Part shown: positions 27,930 through 38,800 of the stretch, piece by piece | Layout of the letters: each line of letters begins with the position of its first letter | How positions within the stretch are numbered: position 1 is the first letter of the stretch | Source of the DNA: the human T2T-CHM13v2.0 reference genome, Homo sapiens | DNA length: 64,000 bases | Direction: 5' to 3' (one strand) | Assembly: GCF_009914755.1 (NCBI RefSeq) | Contig: NC_060927.1 | Made by a program: the position numbers and the translations under genes | Notes under the pieces: model-generated | Databases searched by the model: none | Told to the model about the DNA's origin: nothing | Seen by the model: the letters and a program-made list of their open reading frames with translations, nothing else

Positions 27930-28940
27930 AGAGGTTTCCCTTCTCCATCTCATTTAACATGTATTTATTGAGCATCTCCTGTGTACTTGGCACTATGGAA
28001 GACCATAAGAATATAATAATGATATAAAAAAGATGGTTCTTGCCCTCATATAATATGTCATGTAAGAAATAGACAATTAAGTCAATATAACATGTTGAGA
28101 GAGAACTTTTCTGTAGTTCCACAACTAGTAACTGTTATCCAAAAATAAATAAATAAATAAATAAATAAATAAAAAAGACAAAAAAGTGCTAAGTAGCCAC
28201 ATGCAAGCCTTCAAAATTTGGTGCCAGAGTCCTCTCCCTGTGGGTTTGTAAGGAGACACAAGTAACCTACTGTAAATAACTACCACCTCCCCTGACTTCA
28301 CCTTTTCATCCAGTCAATAGGAGAGAGCTGGGTTTAGAGAATGATGAGAGGAGTAGGGAACTCTCTGATCTCAGTGTGGCTTGGCAGGTTCATGTGAGTT
28401 TTCCGTTGGTGGAAGATTGTACAGACATTAAATGTGCTTAAACTGCCTTGCCAGAACCCCATGTGGCATGTCTACCAATTGGGAGTAAGAAAGCTCTATG
28501 AACAGAATATTATTTAAGTTGATACCTGAAGCAAATTTAAAAATGAGTCAAAAGTATGGAAAAAAAAAAGTGTTTAGAAAAGAAGTTGCTGTATTTTAAG
28601 TTCCACAAATAAAAGAGACATTGACCTACTTGAGAAATGGAGGAATTTCCTAATGACTTGAGTATAAAATACGAGGAAGCAGAAATGGTAAGAAATATAG
28701 AAGGATAGATAACAAAGGACCTTTTAAGCCACATAGAGAATTTAGACTTCGTTCAGAGGGTAATCAGAAGCTGTTGATGGATTTTTAAGAGGAGAATGCT
28801 GGGATCCAAGTACTCCAAGTACTGTTTTAAGTCATCCAGCCTGCTGCTGGATGAAGAATGGAGTAACGGTAGAAAATTGGAGTGATTAATTAGAATAGTG
28901 CTGTAATCCAAGCAAAGCTGTATGAATTCTCTGTAAGATT
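27930..28940. mobile_element. Degenerate L2 fragments; (TAAA)n at about 28145-28173
   Basis: cattcatttaacatgtatttattgagcatctcctgtgtacttggcact is the L2 tail. Confidence 0.6.
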
Positions 28941-30254
28941 TCTGCACTTTTAGAATTAATGAAGGAGGCCCAGGGCTCTGTTAAATTTTTCTGAGTCCAC
29001 TATAAGCCTTGATGGGTTAATTTCATATGTATGAGTATATAACCAGATTGACTGAGAACTGAGAAGGATATTCATAGCATGTTCTCTTTAAGAATGGATT
29101 ACCACTATGTTTGACTATATTTGAAGTTGTATTTCAAATAATGAAGCTACTGATTATTGCATAAGTCTGCATTCTGTCAGTACCAACTATGAGAAGGGGA
29201 ACTCCCTTCCCTTCTGCAAATAAAATACAGAAAATAACCATTCCTACTTCATAGGTGTGTAATGAGGATTAAATAGATGAATATATATATATATTTATTT
29301 ATATAGAATATATATATTTATTTATATAGTGTGTATATATATATATATACGCACACACATATATATATATGTGTATATATATATATATCCCAAAGCTTGG
29401 CATACCATCAATCATCAGGCATCAGTGCAGTGAGTGAGAGAATGGAAAGTAAGTTATATGACTCCTCAGCTTCCTCTTCCGCTTCTGCAAGCCAACACAC
29501 CCCACTTAGGACTCTCACTTGCCCAGATACTCTGGTAGTGGCTTCCTCCCCTAAGTGACCCGACTGTGAGCAACTGTCAGCTATCACTTTGCCATGGGTA
29601 GTTTCTGTGCCTGAGCACCTGCTCATCAGGAAACAAGAATGTCCCTCCCCCTGCTATGTCGACTGATTTTGTCAAAAGGAATTCTGTTCCCACAGCTTTT
29701 GTCAATGAAGGAATAGCTGACTCTTTTACCTCTTGTATTTTTATTGAAATAATATGACATGCTATTGTTACATGAAAAAGTGAATGCTTACAGATGGAGA
29801 AAATGAATATTCAGTTTCCACAGGCTACCTTAACGTCTAAAATATCTCAGTCAAATTTAACAAAAGGGTACACCTGGAGATTTGCAAGGTTTTTCTTCCA
29901 TTTTCCCTTAATTTTCATGATGTGAAATATCTCATAGATGAACAGCAAGGCCAAGACAACGTTTTTGTAGAGTTGACTGTATCCCTTATCCATGTGATAG
30001 TCATTTTAAGCATTTACTATGTGCCAGAAATACTGTTAAAATTTTTTGTATATTTTAATTCATTTTGCTTGCATAGTAATATATGAAATAGTCATATTTC
30101 CATTTTAAGGATCAAGAAACTAAGTTTTCTCAAGATAAATAATTTGAGATCTGGTTGTAGAAAACTCTGCTTTGTATTGTAAAGGCAGATTCACATGTAT
30201 GACTATATAACCATATTCACTTGGAAGAATAAGAATGGATACTGACATTTTCCC

Positions 30255-30520
30255 ACACCACATGTTCTCACTCATAGGTGGGAATTGAACAATGAGAACA
30301 CATGGACACAGGAAGGGGAACATCACACACCGGGGCCTGTTGTGGGGTGGGGGGAGGGGGGAGGGATAGCATTAGGAGATATACCTAATGTTAAATGACG
30401 AGTTAATGGGTGCAGCACACCAACATGGCACATGTATACATATGTAACTAACCTGCACGTTGTGCCCATGTACCCTAAAACTTAGAGTATAATAAAAAAA
30501 TAAATAAAAAATAAATAAAA
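30255..30520 (+). mobile_element. 5'-truncated L1PA 3' end (L1PA3/PA4-like) with G-rich tract and A-rich tail
   Basis: catgttctcactcataggtgggaattgaacaatgag...ggagatatacctaatgttaaatgacgagttaatgggtgcagcacacc...taccctaaaacttagagtataata. Confidence 0.96.
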
Positions 30521-33055
30521 TTTGGCAAAAAAAAGAATGAAATGACAATACGTTTGAATGTAATAAAAATAGTACTTAGAATAATAAAGTTACTAATTAT
30601 AGCATAAATCCATATTTTATCAAAGGAAACCATAAAAAAAATTATTTAACCATTCAAGTCAGCAAGTGCTTACTCTCTTCAAAACACTGGGTGAGCAACT
30701 ATGAAAATGCAGACATAAATCCCATATGCTCCTGTCTTCAAATGACTTCGTGATACAGTGAAGGAGACAGTCATTTGTACAGATAATTATATAAAACAAA
30801 AGGAAATAAATGTGAGTACAAGTATAACCAAGGTGCTGAAAAACTACAGAATGAATTACCAATTCCAAGTAGAGGAAGCATTTCCATAACTCATAGGTTT
30901 CAAACATAAGTGTTAACAAGCACCAGTCAGACAGCCTAAAACATTAAGGACTGGTAGGTGGGGACTGCTATAAATGGAAATGGAAAAAAGACCTGCTAAA
31001 TATGACATCACCTATTTAGGTCTAGCCTGTTGGGAGGAAGGCTAGCCCAGAGTTCCAAATCATCTGGTATTATAGGACTCTCCTTAACATCCAAATATTC
31101 ATGTGCAATATTCCAATATTTCGATGCTAGAATACAATTCAGTTTATTTTTTGAAAATGTAGGGATGATCAAATCATATTTGAAGACAATATGCAGCCTA
31201 AAAATCAATACAGAAGCACTTAGACTTAAAGGCTGACTATAATTTTATCTAGCAGGGAGAGGAGAGATTCAATTTCCAGAGCCATAGCATTAGTTGTATA
31301 GCAATATTATGTAGGATTAGATTCTTGGACCACTTTTCTTCATTGTTTAACATTTGAGCACACAGCCATTTGAAAAGCTTGCCATCGAAGTGGCTTGCAA
31401 TCCACATCTAAAGCTTTGGAGAACTTTAAATTCAAGGTGTGTGAAATTGGAGCTCAAGTTGGGGAATCAAGTATATTCACTTAATATTCATCAGTGAAGG
31501 ACATGGTAGAAGCGGCAGAAACAAAAGTCTGAAAAATCACCCAGAATGAAGGATCTATTGTGACCAATTTGGATATACTACATATTAAAAGTTTTTGAGA
31601 AATAAAAATAATACTAACACTTGAGAATGCAGTATGCTTAACATCAAATTTTGTAATTAGGACATAGCTCAAAGAAAGAAGGGCAAGAAAGTAGTTGTGA
31701 AGTTCTGAAATTTAAAAATAATGTTATTTGCTTATACAACCTGGTGAAATATGATAAGTTAAAATATGTTTAACAACTTCACTGATACACATTTAAGATA
31801 TTTACTTCAATATCTTAAGTACATATCCGCTCAGCTGTAAAACAAGCTCCAAACTTCAAAACCTTCATAAAGACTTAAGTTATGCAGTGTACAAAATATA
31901 GTATACATTTCTTTCTACACTTGCTAAAGAAGACAATTTTTAGCTTATGTAAAATTCAAAAGCAAAAGTAATATTTCTATAAGAATTTTTATTTCAGGTA
32001 CTATTGAGTATCAGCTAATCTAAAAGTTTTAAGATAGTTGAAAATGTCCTATAATGAAAGAATGCAGTGATTTGATGGCCTCAAGTCCCATGAAATGAAG
32101 CTTTCAGAAGATAGCTTATTTTAAAATGTACTATATAATAATTAGATTCATTTTAACGCTACAGGATTAAAAACAGTGTTATTTAGTGATTTCTATTTTA
32201 GATTCACTTAGTATCTTTCTTCCAAAAAGGGAAAATAAGAGCTCAGGAGAGAGGCAGCAGTTCTGAATTATAAAGCATCATGTAAAAATAATTCAGCATA
32301 CCAAAATGAAAAATGGACTGATTGATATTCAGTGTTGCTCCTGGAGTTTAATTTTACTCTAGCTGTATTACAACATGAAACTGTAATTCTCTAGTTCGGA
32401 GTTGATAGCATAAATTAAACTCACCGATCACTGAGATTGCTTTTTCTATAGTTAAATTCTGCTATATTGTGAAAATGGCTTACACCTGAAAATTTTCCTT
32501 TGTTATACAAGAAAAAAAATGCACTCTCCTTTTCTGGAGCAATTAAATCACACAATAAGTGGCAAGTTATAGCTTCAAAAAATATACTTCATAGTCGGTA
32601 TAGTATAATTTTTGAAATGTTAGCATGTATTTAGCAGTTGTAGTCCATGTCTCTTGGGATAAAGTGGAAAGAGATGTTTTTCATCTGTGAGTTGTGGATT
32701 CAGTATCATTGCAACTGTAAAGTGCTAACACTTTCATTGGCTCTAAAACAGAGTGAACAACTGAAAGCATTTTTCTGTAGTGAAGTATGCCAACCGTCTC
32801 ATTCATGGTTAAAGAAAATAGGGGGAAGGGTGTTTTAAGCAGTGAGACGTGAAGGGCGAGCAGTAGGCCTGCCTGTCACTGAGGCTGATAGCTTGGCGAT
32901 GGTTGTATATCATCTACCCTTCAGTGGCTCATGAAGCCCATCTCAGCTGAAATGCAAACGTGCAGTGTGACACACTTATTTTTCATCTTCAGTCCTGATA
33001 GTTTTGGGCTTCCGGTGCCTCATTAAATTGTTTCATTTCCCTATGTTCACCACAG

Positions 33056-33337
33056 ATGTGCTGCCACCAGTTCCAGGCCAAGGGGATAAAACAGCAACGA
33101 TGCTCTCAGATGGAGCCATTTATAGTAGCATTGACTTCACTACCAAAACCAGTTACAACAGTTCCAGCCAAATAACACAGGCTACCCCATATGCCACGAC
33201 ACAGATCTTGCATTCCAACAGCATACATGAATTGGCTGTCGATCTGCCTGATCCACAATGGAAAAGCTCAATTCAGCAAAAAACAGATCTGATGGGATTT
33301 GGTTATTCTCTACCTGATCAGAACAAAGGTAACAATG
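33056..33337 (+). CDS. ROBO2: ROBO2 exon (282 nt) with CC0 (GAIYSSIDF) and CC1 (TPYATTQIL): DVLPPVPG...DQNKGNN
   Basis: Acceptor ttcaccacag|, donor AATG|gtgagt; TPYATT is the Robo CC1 motif; symmetric phase 1. Confidence 0.97.
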
Positions 33338-33491
33338 GTGAGTCAGGTTCTTGTGTCCTGAGGAGGTATTTTCATATCATTTGTGCATGAGATAGAAATT
33401 AGTATTTGTTGTTTGACTTAGTGATTCATTACCAGGTTTACTACCTAAACTAAAAAAAGATACCAGCATGTTTCCAGTAACTTGAGTAATT

Positions 33492-33571
33492 CCTACCACC
33501 ACCACCGCCACCACCACCACCACCACCACCACCACCGCCGCCGCCACCACCACCTCCTCCACCACCACCAC
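33492..33571. repeat. Interrupted (CCA)n/(CCG)/(CCT) triplet repeat, about 26 units
   Basis: Direct read. Confidence 0.96.
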
Positions 33572-33706
33572 ACACCAGTGCCAATCGGTTTCATCTTTTA
33601 GCTCTTTTTCAACCTAATGATCAACAATCCATCTCTACTTCCATTAGGGCAGGGTAGACAAAACATTCCTCCACTCTCCCACAACATCTGCTTCTGAGTT
33701 GCTAAC

Positions 33707-33721
33707 TGCATGTTCTGCATG
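33707..33721 (+). promoter_or_regulatory. Tandem RBFOX motifs TGCATG x2 upstream of the 126-nt cassette exon
   Basis: actgcatgttctgcatgg: TGCATG at 33707-33712 and 33716-33721, 60-74 nt before the acceptor. Confidence 0.65.
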
Positions 33722-33780
33722 GGCTTGTGCTGTGAACTAATCACATGATGCCACTATGACCTCTGCCCTTTAACCCTTAG

Positions 33781-33906
33781 CCTTACTTTACATTCCTGAC
33801 TACCGATTGGCTGAGGGATTGTCTAATAGAATGCCACACAACCAGTCTCAGGATTTCAGCACCACCAGCTCTCACAACAGCTCAGAAAGGAGTGGCAGTC
33901 TCTCAG
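33781..33906 (+). CDS. ROBO2: ROBO2 alternative cassette exon (126 nt, 42 aa): (A)LLYIPDYRLAEGLSNRMPHNQSQDFSTTSSHNSSERSGSLS
   Basis: Acceptor ctttaacccttag|, donor TCAG|gttggt; open, symmetric phase 1; resembles the recalled ROBO1 segment DYR...PYNQSYDQ...SYNSSDRGS; the flanking exons also join directly (NNG-GKGG). Confidence 0.88.
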
Positions 33907-35812
33907 GTTGGTCTCATCACAGTAAGGAGAAATATTTGTTTGTCACCAGCGTATGACCTGTGTTCCTAACAACCATGAAGATATACTGAATCACAGCTCA
34001 CTGTCAGGCATTTATCTGTCAAATGACAACAGTTTATGCTAATGAAATCATGCCTTGGTGGGATAAAAGGGAAGAGAAAAATCACTGTCCCCTTTTATAT
34101 ACTAACTCTATGAGGAAATATTTAAAGAAAAATTATGCCATTCTACTAAATACTATTCATTAAAGAACGAGTAAAGAGAATTTTATAATAAAAAGATCAT
34201 ACATGAAAGTCAATTCCATGTTATAGATACCAAAAGATGAATTCAACTAAAATGAAAATGATTTTGGAGTAGTTCATAATATTAGTATATCATTGATGTG
34301 ACCTCCTATTTTTGGACAAGATTTCGAAATACCATATAATAGGATTTTTTATCTATTGAATGATATTCTACTGCACTATACAAGAAAGTTAATATGGGAA
34401 ATTAATATTTAATTTCCAAAAAACCATATAATCTTTGATATTGCTAATTCTTTTATGGTATAAATTTTAATATGTATTTGAGATATATCAGCTAAACTGA
34501 CAATCTATAATGTCAGTATCATATAGCACAAATGGAAAGAAACACCCTTTACTGGACAAAAATATATACCTATTGTAATGACTTATGAATGAAATTTTCC
34601 TGGCCCAAAGATCCTTACCTGTAAAATGAGGAGGTTGTAGTAGACACACTCTAACTTTCAACCATGACATATACATTGTATGGCTGATGACTTTGTGCAT
34701 TTCTAATTTATTCCATGACCCCACTTGTTTAATTTGTTTGGATTAACTATATGCTATTTGTTTGTACTGAGATTTTGTTTTATTTTTTTAATTACAGGTT
34801 ATTTGTAAAAGACTATAGTGTATTATGGCATGTCACAGGCTACCAAGCATCAAAGCCATAAAGAGTTAAACTTTTTACATCATTAGGGTAACATTTTCTA
34901 AATTACTTTTCCTCAGGAGATGGAACCCTTTCAGTCTGAAAATGTTAATGCTCCCTCTTCCCTTCAAAATGGGTCATTTGCTCTTCTTGCCTATTGGTAG
35001 AATTAGCTATATTATAGAATCCAGAAAATTTTAAACATCTGTTATGAATTTAAACAGGTTTAATAATATAGGAGAACTTTTTGAATAACCTTATATGTCA
35101 TTTAGACTGCCATTTATTTATAATAAGTCTCACAATTGTTCTGAATAATTAAAAAGTAATTTATCCTGGGCTTCCTTTTTATTTCATTAAAGATATGCAA
35201 AGTCACATGCAGTATGTAAAAATAAATCTATATACTATAATCCATGGATTACTTAAGACTTTTAAAAATCTTTCTTTAAGTATTCTATATGTGTTGATTG
35301 CCACCACCAAGTTTTAAAAGTTGTCTTTTGAGTAACTGTAAGCAGAACACAATTCACAATAGTACTTAGTGCTTTTTTGAATCCATTAATCTCCTGAGTG
35401 ACATTTATATATATCTATGAATTATATTAACTACTTCATCTACATTTGAATACAAAATTACTTAAATTGATGATAGAAAGCATTCTTTAGTAGGTGAGAG
35501 TGATTATTCTCTTTTTAGTTTAGTTCAATTGAGTTTAATATTAGAGTTTTGTCTTATGCTTATAATCATAGGTATCTTTCCTAAGACTTAAATTTAAGAT
35601 CAAACCACCTTGTGGATAACTAATCATATGGTATTATAAGATTTTCTTAATTTGTGGATAGCAATGTAAGCAATTTAAAATAATCACAGTGATAAAAGTG
35701 GACATTTCAGAATTATTTGAGTGTATTACCCTCTTTGAAACACTTAATATTTATTCAATATATAAGTTCTGAGCACTTCCATTAAAAATCTAACCATTAA
35801 AAATATAAAATC

Positions 35813-36024
35813 ACCAGCCTGAGCAACATGGTGAAACCCCATCTCTGAAAAAAATACAAAAATTAGCCAAGCATGGTGGCACTCGACTGTATTCCCAGCT
35901 ACTTGAGAGTCTGGGGTAGAAGGATGCTTGAGCCTGAGAAGTTGAGCCTGCAGTGGATGTGATCGCACCACTGCACTCCAGCCTGGGTGACAGACTGAGA
36001 CCCTGTCTCAAGGAAAAAAAAAAA
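35813..36024 (+). mobile_element. 5'-truncated Alu (J-like)
   Basis: accagcctgagcaacatggtgaaaccc...gcttgagcctgagaagttgag...A-tail. Confidence 0.93.
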
Positions 36025-36539
36025 GTATATATATAGTATATATATACATATATATTAATATACACACAAATTAAAGAGTTTATATATGTAAGTCATTAAA
36101 ATATGCTCCCTTAAAAGATAATATAAGAAATTCTCACCTTAAAGTGATTGAAGGTTCTTTGTTTGCAAGTAACAGCAACAGACTGTGGCTTACTTCACTC
36201 AAGGTTCAGATCTCAGAGAATGTAAGTGGCTTTGGTTCTATGTATGCTCTCCACCATGCTATGAACCTACCATTGCTCACTGCTAAAAGAAGTCAGGTGT
36301 GTTGATTTGTAATCCTACACGTACTGCCCATAATGAGAGAGCAGAAATTTCCTCAAAAGAAGAGAAAGTGATTGTTGGATAGAAAGCCCTCACATATTTC
36401 TTCTATGAATCACCCGTTTCCCAAATAGATTTTTAAATCTGTTTGGAAGAGTAGGTAATGAATGGCTTTCTTGAACTTTGGACAATGACTTCAACAGAAT
36501 TCAGGGCTCTGGAAGTAGTAATTTCCAGTAAAGAAAGCT

Positions 36540-37300
36540 GCTACATTCTGAATTCTGATTTTTCTCTTACTGGGTGAATGTGGACCACGTAACACTCAGA
36601 ATGAACCTCAGTTGCTTCATCTATAAAATGGAGATGCAAGAACTTGTCTATTTCTGTTACTCAGTTCTGGTGGTGACCACCTAACATTTCTAAAAGTACC
36701 ATGGAAAACGAAAAGCACTCTCTCTATATATAAATAAATAAGGAATAAAGGAGGTGAAACTAGAGAGAAAGCTATGGAAGACAAGTAGCTCAGTCTGTTC
36801 CCCTTTTAATCATTGAAACCGAGTTCTGATACTACAACAGAAGAAATGGTTCCTGTCTGATAATTTTGCTGACTCATCAGGAAACAAAGGATTAAGGTTC
36901 ATCTACCTTAAAGACAAACATTACAGATGTATATTCAAGCAAGTTTATTGTTATTCTGAGTCAGGCTGTTTGTGGGATACTCATAGGGCCTGGAGAAGTT
37001 GGGAGTAAAGAAAGCTTTAGAAATCAAGAGGAGCTGGGTTTGCTCTAAGATAGAGGATATGGGGGAAAAAAAAGAACACAAATGAGTGGCATTTATTGAA
37101 TGTTCTGTCCATTCTGAGTAGTTGATATGCATTGTCTCTTGTAATTCTCAAAATAACTGAAAAAAGTAGTAACTTTATATCTGTTTTACATGTGCAAAAA
37201 TGTAGGCAGTAACTATTGAGTAACTTATCCAGTAAGTGGGAAACTGGTCTGTAAACCCAGATACGAAACTCTTGTCCTCTAAGCAAAAGATGTCTGCTCT
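36540..37300. mobile_element. Two MIR fragments (about 36540-36660 on +, about 37085-37300 on -)
   Basis: cctcagttgcttcatctataaaatggagat; catttattgaatgttct...gagtaacttatccagtaagtgg. Confidence 0.55.
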
Positions 37301-38643
37301 CCTTCCTCTTAAAATCTTTTATTCTACCAAACAAGTATACTACAAGGCAAGATGAAAGCAATTTGTGTGCAGGGATGTTCTTTGAAATATGTGTGAAGGT
37401 GTGCATGCTATGTGGAAAACACACACTATTTTATAACTGGCAATAAAGTATATATCCAGTTTAACAGTTTTATCACTTCCTGGTGCTCAAATATGTTCCT
37501 ATTAAATTACATAATATTCAACGTGGCTGATGCAGATGAGTAATTGGTAGAAGTAAGGGGAATAGTAGGCTTCTAGTGATATTATAATACATTGCTAAAT
37601 AGCCCTGCTACAAATAGTTTTTGCTCACAACTTGCGGTTCCAGAAAGATGAAGTCGAAAGAATCAGTAAGATTTTTGGCAGATATTGCTGTAGGCTGTGG
37701 TGGGAGCCACAGAAGTTATATAGTGTCCCCTGAAATGTCCTTTGTTATTCTGCTCCAAGAAGTACTCATTCCTCATTTAACTGTAGTCCACTTTTAAGGA
37801 AGAAGCTTTATCTACTTAATTTTGGAAGAGTAAAAACCATGGCACTGTCCAAATGATAAATTGTATTTTTTATATTTCATTAAGCTCCATGTAATCCTAG
37901 ATATGGCTCATATGCTGCTAGCTTACTTTCTTCTCATATTTTGTGCATGAATTCATTTGTATTAGAATGCCACTGAAACTGATTACTGTATTAATTTTTC
38001 CTCCTTTTTGGAATATTATATGATGTTATGCTTAAAATAGCTAAGAACTATTCACATATGCAAAAATAATTGTGCCATTCATTAGTTAAAAAGTCTATAA
38101 AACGTATCTTCGCAAAATATTTACAGGTATTTTCCTGATTGTAGCTGATTGATTTTTATCAGTTACTTTTGGGATAAAAATTGTTACCCTTCCTGGATTA
38201 ATTAAATTGAATAAATTCTAATGGAAAAGTTTAGCCTATATCCTTAGACCTTGCATTTTCCACTGAGAGAGATTATGCAAAAGAGCATTATAAGTGTACT
38301 AAAATTTGACATTTAAAAGAATTTGTTATGGCCCATTATTTCCTCTAACAATGAAAACATGAAGGCACCAGACGGGAATAAATCAATAAGCATGCTTTTG
38401 ATACAGCAGCCATGTTTTTGGTTCATTCAGCTCTGCTGTTAATGCACTGGGGAAAAAAAAACAGTATCATTTTGAGTGATTTATAAAAATGTTTTTCTGA
38501 TTATATCATTTCATTGTTTATAGCTTTTAACAACTCCAACATACTGATTCTGGTGTTTTGAAACATAAATACACCTTGCCATCTGATGTATTCTCTTTAT
38601 TCTGCTATTTGGCATCTCTGAATAAATACGTTATTACTTTCAG

Positions 38644-38800
38644 GTGGGAAAGGTGGAAAAAAGAAGAAAAATAAAAACTCTTCTAAACCACAGAAAAACA
38701 ATGGATCCACTTGGGCCAATGTCCCTCTACCTCCCCCCCCAGTCCAGCCCCTTCCTGGCACGGAGCTGGAACACTATGCAGTGGAACAACAAGAAAATGG
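38644..38800 (+). CDS. ROBO2: ROBO2 exon (157 nt) with polybasic KKKKNK and proline-rich CC2 (VPLPPPPVQPLPG)
   Basis: Acceptor tactttcag|, donor ATGG|gtaaag; LPPPP is the Ena/VASP EVH1-type ligand of CC2; phase 1 to 2. Confidence 0.97.

Noticed and set aside
31793-31818. 10-bp hairpin ttaagatatt/aatatcttaa
   Set aside because: Short and AT-only; expected by chance at this base composition
33377-33571. Minus-strand poly-Val ORF
   Set aside because: Antisense reading of the (CCA)n repeat
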